A stretch of DNA of 64,000 bases, from positions 4,829 through 68,828 of the forward strand of contig CAZJWO010000003.1 of assembly GCA_964549735.1 (NCBI GenBank), given 5' to 3'. The notes under the pieces were generated by a model, which ran no database searches, was not told the DNA's origin, and saw nothing but the letters and a program-made list of their open reading frames with translations. The position numbers and the translations under genes were made by a program. This DNA is from an uncultured Fibrobacteraceae bacterium (GTDB taxonomy: Bacteria > Krumholzibacteriota > Krumholzibacteriia > LZORAL124-64-63). This document shows positions 41,908 to 51,151 of this stretch, one piece after another. Each line of letters opens with the position of its first letter. The stretch's first letter is position 1.

Positions 41908-43541
41908 TCCAACCTCACGGCGCAGAAGTCGTCACGGTCGACGCGGAAGACGTTGGGGATGACGATCCAGTCGACCGCGCCCTGGCGGATCAGGGTCTCG
42001 GCACTCAGATCTTGGCCGGTGACCAGGGCGATGCCCGGCAACTGGCCCGGCGTGTTGTAGCCGTTGCCGACGTCCCCCAGCATGGGCATCACCGGCCACA
42101 AATCGTAGGTCGCCCCGGGGCCGGGATCGAGCTGCGACAGTCCGCACCGGGTCGGCCAGAGGATGTGGTAGTAGGTCTGCGGCGTGGAGGTGATGGCATC
42201 GAGCTGCGACCCCTCCACGGCCTTCCAACTGCCGTCGAGGTTCCGGACCCGCAGCTGCGTGTCCCACGGATCACGCTCTCCGGTGCCGATCGGCGCGTTC
42301 CCCGTGTCGGCGTGGGTCGGAATGCGGTGGCGGTTGTCCGTGACCGACCACCGGTAGTCGGTGTCGTCCCAGAGCGAGAACTCACCGTGGGACATCGAGC
42401 CGCCCAGGACCAGCGGATACGGCCACTGGCCGGGGGAGTAGTAGGGCTCGAGCAGGCCGAAGACCGCGACCTCGTACTGCGTGGAGACCTTGGCCACTAC
42501 GACGGCGCGGCGGCCGTCGCAGACGAACCAGTAGGGGATCGGCGCATTCCAGAGCGGCACGTAGAGGTTCCCCTGGAATCCCACCTGCTCGTAGAAGCGC
42601 GATCCGGAGAGCCAGCCGTCCATGCCGGCGATCTCCCAGTCGTAGTAGTCGGCGTCCTGGCGCTCGAAGCCGTGAAGGCCGGTATAGATCTCCGAGTTGC
42701 CATCGTTGCCCGGGGCCTTCCAGGCGTACTCGTGGAAGCAGGCGTCGACCCCGTCCGACTGCCGGAACATGCGCAGCGTGCCCATGTGCAACTGGGTGTA
42801 GCGCAAGCTCGTGATGTGCCACCGGTAGCGGGTCGCTTCGACCGGCGAGGCGATGGTGAAGGTCTGCGGGATGCCGTTGTAGAAGATGATCCCGGTCCGC
42901 GAGTCGAGAGTCACCCAGGCGCCGCCATCCCAGTACTGCATCTCCCAGACGTTGGGGCCCTGGCCAGTGGTGTCGTGCAGCGTCAGCTCGTAGGCAGCGA
43001 TGGTCACCGGCTCGAAGAAGGTGATCTCCACCTCCTGGGGCAGGGTGATCGTCGTGTAGATGTTCCAGGACCGGCTCGTGAGGCTGGAGGTGGTGAACGG
43101 CCAGATGTTGAGCTTGCCGTCCACGAGGTTCTGGACGGCGTAGGTGCCCTCGTTGCCCTGGGTGGCCACGAGCCGGCAGCCGCGGGAACGGCGCAGGCCG
43201 GTCCACTTCGGCGCGGTCGAAAGGACGAACTGATCGCCGCCGACGAAGGCGGTCGCCCCGGCCGAGATCAGGAACTCCAGCGTGGCATGCGCGAACGGCG
43301 TCCCCACCGTCGCGGGTCCGATCGATCCGGTCACGCTGCCGATCACGTCGAACGACGTCGGCGAGGTCGCCGTGATGGTGAAGGTCTCGGCCACCGACGA
43401 GGTGCCCCCGGAGTAGTCGGTCAGGCGTCCGTCGCCGGTCCCGGCGTAGGTGAGCCCGAACGCGGACCCCTTCGCGGTCAGGAACGTGTTCAGCCGCTCG
43501 GCAAGGTCGTTATAGTCGGTGGCGGTTCCGGTGGTGAACAT
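41904..43541 (-). CDS. Phage tail protein (large, 545 aa)
   Basis: Coupled to the tape measure gene. Confidence 0.55.
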   Translation of the reverse strand: MFTTGTATDYNDLAERLNTFLTAKGSAFGLTYAGTGDGRLTDYSGGTSSVAETFTITATSPTSFDVIGSVTGSIGPATVGTPFAHATLEFLISAGATAFVGGDQFVLSTAPKWTGLRRSRGCRLVATQGNEGTYAVQNLVDGKLNIWPFTTSSLTSRSWNIYTTITLPQEVEITFFEPVTIAAYELTLHDTTGQGPNVWEMQYWDGGAWVTLDSRTGIIFYNGIPQTFTIASPVEATRYRWHITSLRYTQLHMGTLRMFRQSDGVDACFHEYAWKAPGNDGNSEIYTGLHGFERQDADYYDWEIAGMDGWLSGSRFYEQVGFQGNLYVPLWNAPIPYWFVCDGRRAVVVAKVSTQYEVAVFGLLEPYYSPGQWPYPLVLGGSMSHGEFSLWDDTDYRWSVTDNRHRIPTHADTGNAPIGTGERDPWDTQLRVRNLDGSWKAVEGSQLDAITSTPQTYYHILWPTRCGLSQLDPGPGATYDLWPVMPMLGDVGNGYNTPGQLPGIALVTGQDLSAETLIRQGAVDWIVIPNVFRVDRDDFCAVRLD

Positions 43542-43544
43542 GGC

Positions 43545-46103
43545 TCACGTCCCCAGGGCCGAGCGGATCGCCCGGCGGTTCTTGGCCATGGCCTTGACCA
43601 GGATGCGCTGGCCGGCGGGGCTTTCCAGGTGGCGGAGGATCAATCCCTCCTCGAGGCCGATCAGCACCTGGCTGTCCTTGGATTCTTGCGGGTCCGCGGC
43701 GGCGGGTGCGTCGACCAGGCCGCCCTCGGCGAACCGGGGCACGGGGGCCTCGACCAGGACCGGGGTCTGGACGAGGGCCTGAGACCCGCGGCGGTTCAGG
43801 TCGTCGAGGTGGCGCAGGACGCCCGGCTCGCGGACCACTGCGGCGCGCACCAGGTACTCCCCGCGGGAGAACCAGGCGAGGTTGGAGTCCGACGTGCCGG
43901 TGCCGATCCCGCCCAGGACGCCGCCGGTGGCCTTCTTCTCGGTGCCGCCGACCTGACCGCCGCCGCTGAACACTCCGGCGATCTTCTTGATGATGGCTGT
44001 GGCCAGAAGCTGGGCGGCCATGCGCTTCAGGTCGGCGATGATCGAAAGCGCCAGGTTGCGGAAGGCGTCGCCGAGGGACTTCGCGCCGGTGATCCCGGTG
44101 TCGAAGAACTCGGTCAGTGCGTCGCGGCCGGAATCGAGCGCGGTCTTGCCGAAGGCGGCGAACGAGACGCGGGCTCCCTCGACGGCGAAGCCGAGGTCGC
44201 GCACCGCCTCGGTGAAGCCTCGGGCCTGGGCGATCCGCTCGGGGTCGCCGGTGGCCCAGGCGGCCTGCTCCAGTTCCGTGGCCAGACTCTGCAGTGCGAC
44301 AAGGCGCTCGGTTTCGATGGCCAGGATCTGTTGCTCGCCCTCGACCTGGGACAGCAGGCCCGCCGAGACGCGGGCCTCGATTTCGGAGCGGGCCGCGTCC
44401 AGGTCCGCCAGCGTAGCTTCGGCCTGGCGCTTGATCTCGTCGAAGTTGGCCCCGGACTCCATCGAGCTGCGCAGCCGGGCCAGGGTGGCTTCGCGCTCGG
44501 CGTCGGACGCGCCCTGCTTCTTGAGCAGCAGATCGGCCCTGCGGATCTCCTCGTCGATTCCCAGGAGCGCGGCCTCGTGGCGGCGGCCCTGGGCTTCCAG
44601 GAGGGTCTTCTCCAGGGCGAGCCGTTCCTGGGCGAGCTTCTGGACGGCGTCGCGTTCCTCGGACATCAACGCCGCGATGCGCTCCTCCTGGGTCGCCCGG
44701 GCCTTGGCCAGTTCGGCGTCGATCTTTCCCTGCTCCTGCAGGCGACGGCTCGGGTCGACTTCGCTATCCAGCAGGGCGCGCTTCTGTTCGAGGACCTCGA
44801 TCTCCTTGGCGAACTCCTCCTCGGCGGCCCGCCGGCGGTCCTCGTAGTAGGCGTGGACGTCCTTCAGACCCTGGTCGAAGGCGCGCTTCTCGGCCGCGTT
44901 GCGCAGGGCTCCCATGGATCGGACCAGGGCCAGCTCGCGATCCAGGGTCATCTGCATGGCCTGGGCGCGTTTGGCAGCCAGGGCGGCCGGGTCCTCGGAG
45001 TAGTCCTGCGCAGGGGCTTCCTCGCGCGCGGTGGGTTCGGTCGGCGTCGAGATGGTCAACTCGAACCGGGCTTTCAGCCGCTCGAAGAGCGCGTTCTGTT
45101 CGGCGCTGATCGCTTCGCCCGCGGTCTTGAGGTAGGTCTTGGCCTCATCCAGATTGCCGTGCAGCAGGGCCCACACCGCCCGTACGCTCGAATCGATCCG
45201 CATCATCACGAACGACAGCGCGGTGCCCACTACGTCGAACGCGGACGAGACGACCGCGACGATGAACTTCAACACGAGCCCGATGCCCTGGCCGAACTTC
45301 TCCCAGGCCTCGGTGGTTTGCTTCAGGTCGCCGCTCATGATCTGCAGGGCCTGGGACAGCTGCGGGACCAGCCCAGCGGCCAGCCGCGTCCCGAGGCCTT
45401 CGCTCTGGGCTTTCAGGAGTTCGAAGTCGTCGTTCATCTGCCGGGCCGATTCCGCCAGCCGGGTGTCGATCAGGACGCCCAGTTCGCGGGCGCGCTCGAT
45501 GACCCCGCCGAGGCCTTCGTCCGCCAGAGCATTCATCGTCGGGATGAGGTTCGCGCCGGCCCGCCCGAAGATGTCCATGGCGGTCTTGGTCTTTTGGATC
45601 GGCGAGGGCATGGCGGTGATCCGCTGGGCAAGGATCTCGAAGATCTGGACCGAGTCCTTGCCCTTGAAGTCGTTGAGGGTCAGCCCCAGATCCCGCCGCG
45701 TGGCCACGGCCTTGGGATTCCCCTCGGCCACGTCGCCGATGAACTTGTTCTGCTTGGCCAGGGCCGCGCCCATCTCCCCGAGGCTCGAGGCGGAGGTACG
45801 AGCCAAGAGGTGCAGGGCGGACAGGTTCTCGGTGGAGGCGCCCACCTTCTGGCCCAGCTTCTGGATCTGGTCCGCGGCGTTGACCGAAGACTGGATCCAC
45901 TGCTGGAACTGGCGCACCCCGAGGGCGACGCCGAGCCCGGTAAGGAGCGAGGACGTCGAACCCAGGACGCGATTCAGGCCGGAGAAGCCGCGCGTCTGCT
46001 GCGCCGAGGCCTTCTGGCCCTCGGCCTGGACCTTCTTGAGGGCGGCCACGACCTCGGCGACGCCTTCGGCCGTTAGCCGGACTCGCACATCAGGTGTGGC
46101 CAT
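43545..46103 (-). CDS. Phage tail tape measure protein
   Basis: 852 aa with long coiled-coil-rich Ala/Glu/Leu/Arg segments, downstream of a chaperone with a frameshift site. Confidence 0.8.
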   Translation of the reverse strand: MATPDVRVRLTAEGVAEVVAALKKVQAEGQKASAQQTRGFSGLNRVLGSTSSLLTGLGVALGVRQFQQWIQSSVNAADQIQKLGQKVGASTENLSALHLLARTSASSLGEMGAALAKQNKFIGDVAEGNPKAVATRRDLGLTLNDFKGKDSVQIFEILAQRITAMPSPIQKTKTAMDIFGRAGANLIPTMNALADEGLGGVIERARELGVLIDTRLAESARQMNDDFELLKAQSEGLGTRLAAGLVPQLSQALQIMSGDLKQTTEAWEKFGQGIGLVLKFIVAVVSSAFDVVGTALSFVMMRIDSSVRAVWALLHGNLDEAKTYLKTAGEAISAEQNALFERLKARFELTISTPTEPTAREEAPAQDYSEDPAALAAKRAQAMQMTLDRELALVRSMGALRNAAEKRAFDQGLKDVHAYYEDRRRAAEEEFAKEIEVLEQKRALLDSEVDPSRRLQEQGKIDAELAKARATQEERIAALMSEERDAVQKLAQERLALEKTLLEAQGRRHEAALLGIDEEIRRADLLLKKQGASDAEREATLARLRSSMESGANFDEIKRQAEATLADLDAARSEIEARVSAGLLSQVEGEQQILAIETERLVALQSLATELEQAAWATGDPERIAQARGFTEAVRDLGFAVEGARVSFAAFGKTALDSGRDALTEFFDTGITGAKSLGDAFRNLALSIIADLKRMAAQLLATAIIKKIAGVFSGGGQVGGTEKKATGGVLGGIGTGTSDSNLAWFSRGEYLVRAAVVREPGVLRHLDDLNRRGSQALVQTPVLVEAPVPRFAEGGLVDAPAAADPQESKDSQVLIGLEEGLILRHLESPAGQRILVKAMAKNRRAIRSALGT

Positions 46104-46232
46104 CGGTGGACCTTCCTCTCAGGATATCGGGCACGGCCGGAGGCCGCGGCCGCGATCCCTTGGCGCTGTGAGGGGCCAAGACGCACCAGCAGAGGAACCT
46201 GTGGCGGTAATCCTCGAGCGCCTGCTCTCTCA

Positions 46233-46802
46233 TCAACCGGCGGTAGGAGGCGAGGGCGACGCGGAGCGGCCAACGGACGATCCGCTCGGCGCGGTCGTGG
46301 TCGCCCGCGGCGAGTTCCCGGACGAGCTCCGTCCAGGGTCCGTACCGGCCGGGTGCGCCGGGCTGTCCTTGGGGTTCGGGATCGCCTCGGCGGAGGACGT
46401 CGTTGAAGTCCACAAAGAGACGATCCCGCTCTCGAAAAAAGAGACCAGCAGCGACAGGACCAGGCCGCGCACCTCCGCCTTGTCCTTGGGGTCGCGCAGC
46501 TGCCCGAGGAACCGCGCGGTCTCCTGGCCCATCTCCGGAGTCCAGGCCTCCCCGGGGTCCCGGTCCTGGGGCGCACTGTCCTCCGGGATCAGGAGGCACC
46601 CGAGGAGGTCCAGGATCGCGCCGCTCTCGATCGTGACCTCGAGCAGCCTGCGGGCGAAGACCTCGGGGCTTTCGCCGGGCTGCATGACCACCTCGTCGAT
46701 CCTGGCCCGCTTGACCAGGGCCAGGAACCGGAAGTCCTGCTCGACGGTGGACTCGCGGAGCGGCAGGAACGTGCGGCCGCCGATCGTGTGCTTGTCGCTC
46801 AT
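46233..46802 (-). CDS. Tail assembly chaperone (gpG-like); -1 frameshift at 46434-46440 (T TTT TTC on minus strand) would give a GT-like extension ending ~46090
   Basis: Start MSDKHTIGG overlaps the major tail stop (ATGA). The slippery heptamer is in frame (tcT TTT TTC). The -1 frame continues with plausible protein (FFRERDRLFVDFNDVLRRGDPEP...). Confidence 0.5.
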   Translation of the reverse strand: MSDKHTIGGRTFLPLRESTVEQDFRFLALVKRARIDEVVMQPGESPEVFARRLLEVTIESGAILDLLGCLLIPEDSAPQDRDPGEAWTPEMGQETARFLGQLRDPKDKAEVRGLVLSLLVSFFESGIVSLWTSTTSSAEAIPNPKDSPAHPAGTDPGRSSSGNSPRATTTAPSGSSVGRSASPSPPTAG

Positions 46803-47569
46803 CACGCGATCCTGATCAGCCGGTAGTGCGGCTCGTTGGGGTGGTTGGAGGCGTCGGACTCGATGTCCCCAGCCAGGGTGAAGCTCGCGTACTCGTCGGA
46901 GATGAACCCGATGGCGCCGTCGGCGCGGATCGAAGCCCGCCAGATCTCGCACTCGTACTTGGGGCCGCGGGCCGGATCGGCGATGAAGCGGATGTATCCC
47001 TTCACCGAGGTCTGGTTCATGCCGCGGACGGTCGGCAGGTCGATGGAGCCGTAGGTGTAGTCGACCTCGATGTCGGTGCCGTCGGTGATCGCGCCGCCTT
47101 CGACGATGTAGATACGGCCGGTCACCGCATCGACCTTGTAGTCATCGTCCTCGACGTAGGTCGGGGTGCCGCCCGTACCGGTGACGGTGACCAGGCTCAC
47201 CTGGCGCATCGACAGCGGGTAGTACCGGCCCTGCAGGACACCAGCGATCTCCTCGGCGGTGACGGTCGATCCGGTCTGGGCCAGCGTCGCCGTGTCGCCG
47301 AACAGGGCCATGGCGAGGTTCTCCTTGGAGAACTCGTCGCCCACGATGCGGATCGCGAGCGTGGTGCGCAGCACATCCGAGGCGATCAGGTCGGCCGACT
47401 TGTCGGCGCTGGAGTACTTCTTGATGTCCTCGCTGGTGGGCGTGATCTCGAACGTGGGGCAGTTGCCCAGGAACAGCTCGCCTGTCTTCGCGCCGTTCGC
47501 ATCGAAGCGGTCGAAGTAGATCTTGCCCCTGCCGAGCAAGATGTTGTTGCCGTTGACGACCTCGGGCAT
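46802..47569 (-). CDS. Phage major tail (tube) protein
   Basis: 255 aa, position between head-tail connector genes and chaperone/TMP. Confidence 0.65.
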   Translation of the reverse strand: MPEVVNGNNILLGRGKIYFDRFDANGAKTGELFLGNCPTFEITPTSEDIKKYSSADKSADLIASDVLRTTLAIRIVGDEFSKENLAMALFGDTATLAQTGSTVTAEEIAGVLQGRYYPLSMRQVSLVTVTGTGGTPTYVEDDDYKVDAVTGRIYIVEGGAITDGTDIEVDYTYGSIDLPTVRGMNQTSVKGYIRFIADPARGPKYECEIWRASIRADGAIGFISDEYASFTLAGDIESDASNHPNEPHYRLIRIA

Positions 47570-47582
47570 GGCTTCCTTCCTC

Positions 47583-48053
47583 TCAGGTCAGGTTCTCCGC
47601 GTCATCTGCGCGGGACTGGTACTCGATCCGGAACGTCTGCGAGGCCCGGCAGAACGATGTCTCGGCCTGCTCGTACTCGAACTTCGTGCCGAGCTCGTCG
47701 GCTGGGCCGTTCGCGAGGCCCCCGAAGCTGCCTGCCGCAGCCAGCGCGGCCGTGGCCCAGGCCAGGATCGGATCGGCCGCCTTGTCGGGTTCGTCGCCCG
47801 CTCCGGTCTTGGTCAGGACCTCGACGCTCAGCAGCACCGAGCGCCGCACGATGGGGCCGCGGCTGGCCGTTCCGGTCTTGGCATCCCGCATCGACTCGAC
47901 CGTTTCGACACCCTGGTAGACCGTCAGTGCGGGCAACTGGTCCGCGCTTGGCGAATCGAGGCGCGTCCGCACCGGGTCGGGAACTCCTGCGGGGGCGTCC
48001 GTGGCCAGCGCCAGGACGGCCGCCGAGACGATCTGCTCGCGGATCGTGCTCAT
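47583..48053 (-). CDS. Phage head-tail joining / tail terminator-like protein
   Basis: 156-aa ORF in conserved position. Confidence 0.45.
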   Translation of the reverse strand: MSTIREQIVSAAVLALATDAPAGVPDPVRTRLDSPSADQLPALTVYQGVETVESMRDAKTGTASRGPIVRRSVLLSVEVLTKTGAGDEPDKAADPILAWATAALAAAGSFGGLANGPADELGTKFEYEQAETSFCRASQTFRIEYQSRADDAENLT

Positions 48054-48355
48054 GGCGTCCTCAGCGCGACGCGGACCATGGCCCCGTCTCCGTAGGGCAG
48101 GACCTTCAGGACGATGTAAGCAGTTCCGCCAACGGTGATCGCGGCTCCGGACTGCAGGCCCGGCAGCACCCCGCTCTGGACGTGGACGATCTCATCGGCG
48201 GCGACGACCGCGGGCATCTCGCCGCCCAGGATCTCGACGGCCTCGCGGTCGAGCAGCCCGAAGACGGTGGCATCGCCGAGGATGACCTCGACCACGCCAC
48301 CGGCTTCCGCCAGATCCGCGAGCATCGCGGGGATGTCCAGGCCGCCGAAGACCAT
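48050..48355 (-). CDS. Phage head-tail adaptor-like protein
   Basis: 101-aa ORF. Confidence 0.45.
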   Translation of the reverse strand: MVFGGLDIPAMLADLAEAGGVVEVILGDATVFGLLDREAVEILGGEMPAVVAADEIVHVQSGVLPGLQSGAAITVGGTAYIVLKVLPYGDGAMVRVALRTP

Positions 48356-48358
48356 GGC

Positions 48359-48748
48359 TCAGCCCGCCTTCGTGATCCCGACGAACTCCACGCCGAAGTC
48401 GAACGACGGCGTGGTACCGGCGATCGTGCCGACGATCCGCAGGTAGCGTTTCAGGTCGGAGACGTTCAGCTTCATGACCTTCACGCCGGCGGTCTCGGCC
48501 GCGTCGGTGACCTGGGAGAACGCGCCGCTGGTGACGTCCTCGTAGGTCGAGTCGTCGTCCGAATGCTGGAGCTTCACGTCCAGGGTGGGAGTGGTGCCGG
48601 TTCCGGCCGAGGCGTTCAGCAGCACCAGGGCCACGCCCTCGTACTCGAGCACGTCGATGCCGGTCCCGGTCAGGGTCGAGGTTCGGCTGGCCGCCGGGGC
48701 CAGCTCTACGCCCGTCGCCTGGGCCAGGGCGTTCAGTAGGTGGGTCAT
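48359..48748 (-). CDS. Phage structural protein (Thr/Gly-rich)
   Basis: 129-aa ORF. Confidence 0.45.
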   Translation of the reverse strand: MTHLLNALAQATGVELAPAASRTSTLTGTGIDVLEYEGVALVLLNASAGTGTTPTLDVKLQHSDDDSTYEDVTSGAFSQVTDAAETAGVKVMKLNVSDLKRYLRIVGTIAGTTPSFDFGVEFVGITKAG

Positions 48749-48752
48749 GCGG

Positions 48753-49067
48753 TTACCTCCCGCCGGCCCGCGGCCGGCCTTTGCGCCTGTTCGGCGCTGG
48801 GGAATCCGGGTCCCGATCCTCGGGAGCCGGGTCTCCGTGACTGATGGCGGCGGGCCCGGAAGCCTCGTGAGCCTCCGGACCCGCCTCGGGCGCGGACGGG
48901 ACGATGCGGGCGTAGCCCATCCGGACCTTCTTGCGGGCCTCCGCGATCGACAGGTCCTTCGGGGCCACCAGGATCTGCCCGGGGACGACGTCGTTGCCTT
49001 CGCCTCCCAGGCAGTGACCGGTGGTGACCTCGATGGTGAGCGTGCCTTGCTCCGTCATGCGCTTCAT
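48753..49067 (-). CDS. Small phage head-associated protein (DUF2190-like size/position)
   Basis: Start set at MKRMTEQGTLTIEV. Confidence 0.4.
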   Translation of the reverse strand: MKRMTEQGTLTIEVTTGHCLGGEGNDVVPGQILVAPKDLSIAEARKKVRMGYARIVPSAPEAGPEAHEASGPAAISHGDPAPEDRDPDSPAPNRRKGRPRAGGR

Positions 49068-49081
49068 CCCTTCGTGCCCGG

Positions 49082-51061
49082 CTACGACAGCGTCGCGCCG
49101 GTCCCCTTGACGAATGACTCGCCGCGACGGACGGCGGTGTCGGCCATCGAGTAGCTGGTGATCAGGATCTGACCGCGGGCGGCCTTCGTGACGACGTCGA
49201 CCACGATCTCGAGGTCGTTGCCCCACATGCCCACCAGCAGGTCGTTCCAGTTCCCGAAGACCAGGCCGTGCTCGTTGCTGCCGGCCCCCAGCGTCTTGGA
49301 GATCTGGTTCGTGGTGCGGGCGGGGTAGCCGCCGAGCTCGCCCTCGCGGTAGGTGCCCGACCACAGGAAGACCGGGTAGCCGCTGACCAGGGGCGTGCGC
49401 TTCAGCACGCCGGCCATCAGCGGGGTGGTCATCCAGGAGAGGGCCCCGAGGTCGGCGTTCTTGTCCGCGACCAAGGCGGGCATCGTGGTGATGTCCGTCA
49501 GGTCGGGCACGCCGCCCACAGCGTGGGACTGGACGTCGGCCGCCCCGTAGATGCCCACGGGCTGCTTGTCCGTGCCCTTGCCGTGCAGCGCGCCGAGATC
49601 CAGGGCCAGGCCGTGGCCGGTCGCCAGGTCGCTGCGGATGTCAGCCTCGACGTCGATCGAGGACATCACCAGCAGCTGCCGGGGGATCTGCACCTGGCCG
49701 ATCAGGGTCTTGGGCGAGAGGGACACGTAGCCGTACGAGGGCTCGGACTGCGGAGCGTCGCTCGGGGGGTTCTCCTCCATCCAGGACACCGTGGGAGCGC
49801 CGGTCTTCTTGTTGAAGTACACGACGCCCTGCAGGCCGGGATAAAGCTTCGCGCCCGAGACCAGCACCAGGGCCCGGTTGCGCAGCAGGTCGATCATGTC
49901 GGGCATGATCTGCTGGCCGACCAGGGTCGCGCCGCCGCTCTGCTGGGTGGTGCCCAGGACGCGCTGCTGGTCGTCGTCGCTCAGTCGCCACGGCACCAGT
50001 ACGCCGCCGTGGTCAGCGCCGGTGCGGTGCTTGGACAGCTCCTCGTGGACCTCGGCCTCCAGGCCGTCGTACCGGCTGCGTTTGCCGTCCATCAGCTCGG
50101 CCTGCAGGCGGATCGCGCGGTGGATGGAGTAGCGCTTCTTGTCCCGGGCCGGCATCTCGGCCAGCGCCTCGGCCGAGGGCTGGGCGGGCCCCTGGGTGCG
50201 GAGGGCTCCCAGGATCTCGCGTGAGACCTGGTCCGGCGTCAGGCCCTTCCTGATCCAGCCGGCGGCTTTGTCGGTCACACCGTGGGCCTGGGCCATCTCC
50301 ATGATCTCGGCTGCTTCCGCGCCGCGATCCCGGGTCTCGACCACCTTGGGTGCCGGCGCAGGCGCCGCCGGCGCTTCTCGGGTCTCGGTGCCCGAGGCGG
50401 GCCGTTCGACCGCGGCGGGCGGGGTTCCTGCTTCGACACTCATGGTTCGTTCTCCTTCGGTAACGGGCTCTTCGATCGTGAATTCGACCAGGTCGACCTC
50501 GGGAGCGCCGCGTGTGCGCCCGAAGCCGACCTCGTGGTCGGCGGGAATGGGTTCGGTGGAGACCTCGTAGGGCATCCAGCGGCAGCGGTAGGTCGCGAGG
50601 CCCGACTTCTTGTCCTTCGAGACCATCTCCATCGAGAGGACCTGGTAGCCCACCGAGACGGTCTTGATGTGCCCCTCGCGGAGCATCGTCTCCTGCTCCT
50701 GGCCCAGTGGGATCGACGAGAAGCTGGCCAGGCCGCGGAGGCGGCCGCGCTTCGCGTCGAGCTCGATGTCGTTCACCGAGCCGAAGTGCAGGAGGCGCTG
50801 GTGGGACTTGATCAGCGGCAGGCCGTTCTTGGCCCGGCTGAGGTCGACGTCGCGGGCCTCGTGGGACAGGACCTCGTCGTACTCCTCCCAGGTGTCCCAG
50901 GAGTAGCGGCGGACGGGGGCCTCGCTGGAGAAGGACACCGGGTAGAGCCGGATCTGACCCTCGCCGCCGTCGGCGCGGGTTTCGACCTCGACCTCGAAGT
51001 CCCGGTACTGGATGCGCGGCACCTTCACGGTTCGCGTTTTGATGGCAGTCGGTGTGTCCAT
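49082..51061 (-). CDS. HK97-family prohead protease fused to HK97-fold major capsid protein
   Basis: N-terminal protease-like ~200 aa, then an Ala/Pro/Glu linker, then an MCP-like C-terminal ~330 aa. Confidence 0.75.
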   Translation of the reverse strand: MDTPTAIKTRTVKVPRIQYRDFEVEVETRADGGEGQIRLYPVSFSSEAPVRRYSWDTWEEYDEVLSHEARDVDLSRAKNGLPLIKSHQRLLHFGSVNDIELDAKRGRLRGLASFSSIPLGQEQETMLREGHIKTVSVGYQVLSMEMVSKDKKSGLATYRCRWMPYEVSTEPIPADHEVGFGRTRGAPEVDLVEFTIEEPVTEGERTMSVEAGTPPAAVERPASGTETREAPAAPAPAPKVVETRDRGAEAAEIMEMAQAHGVTDKAAGWIRKGLTPDQVSREILGALRTQGPAQPSAEALAEMPARDKKRYSIHRAIRLQAELMDGKRSRYDGLEAEVHEELSKHRTGADHGGVLVPWRLSDDDQQRVLGTTQQSGGATLVGQQIMPDMIDLLRNRALVLVSGAKLYPGLQGVVYFNKKTGAPTVSWMEENPPSDAPQSEPSYGYVSLSPKTLIGQVQIPRQLLVMSSIDVEADIRSDLATGHGLALDLGALHGKGTDKQPVGIYGAADVQSHAVGGVPDLTDITTMPALVADKNADLGALSWMTTPLMAGVLKRTPLVSGYPVFLWSGTYREGELGGYPARTTNQISKTLGAGSNEHGLVFGNWNDLLVGMWGNDLEIVVDVVTKAARGQILITSYSMADTAVRRGESFVKGTGATLS

Positions 51062-51090
51062 GCACCCAGTAGTGATGCATCCGCGAAAGG

Positions 51091-51123
51091 CCGACCAATC
51101 TAAATGTCATTTAGATTGGTCGG
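51091..51123. promoter_or_regulatory. Perfect 33-bp palindrome CCGACCAATCTAAATG-T-CATTTAGATTGGTCGG between divergent capsid and portal-side genes
   Basis: Seen directly. 16-bp perfect arms. Confidence 0.6.
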
Positions 51124-51151
51124 CTCGTTAGCGCGGTGTCACCGTGGGCGC

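Noticed and set aside
42012-46076. 1354-aa ORF on the + strand (and similar long ORFs 46826..48739, 22515..23861, 6806..8395(-), 15128..16900(-), 16795..18237(-), 13056..14351(-))
   Set aside because: Antisense to well-supported phage genes. The translations are Arg/Gly/Asp/Pro-rich low-complexity with no domain signatures. This is a typical stop-codon-poor antisense frame of GC-rich DNA.
46073-46599. Two further overlapping minus-strand ORFs (46073..46576, 46090..46599) as independent genes
   Set aside because: 46090..46599 is better explained as the -1 frameshift extension (GT) of the tail chaperone. 46073..46576 is Arg/Pro-rich junk.
19100-51100. Hypothesis that a ~32-kb segment of the prophage is inverted (terminase genes separated from portal, capsid divergent from portal), possibly via the serine recombinase
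   Set aside because: No repeated crossover site is found at both ends. The left end carries GGTGAAA iterons and the right end carries an unrelated palindrome. A divergent portal/capsid layout is a known natural organisation (P2-like), and the circular map is coherent without inversion.
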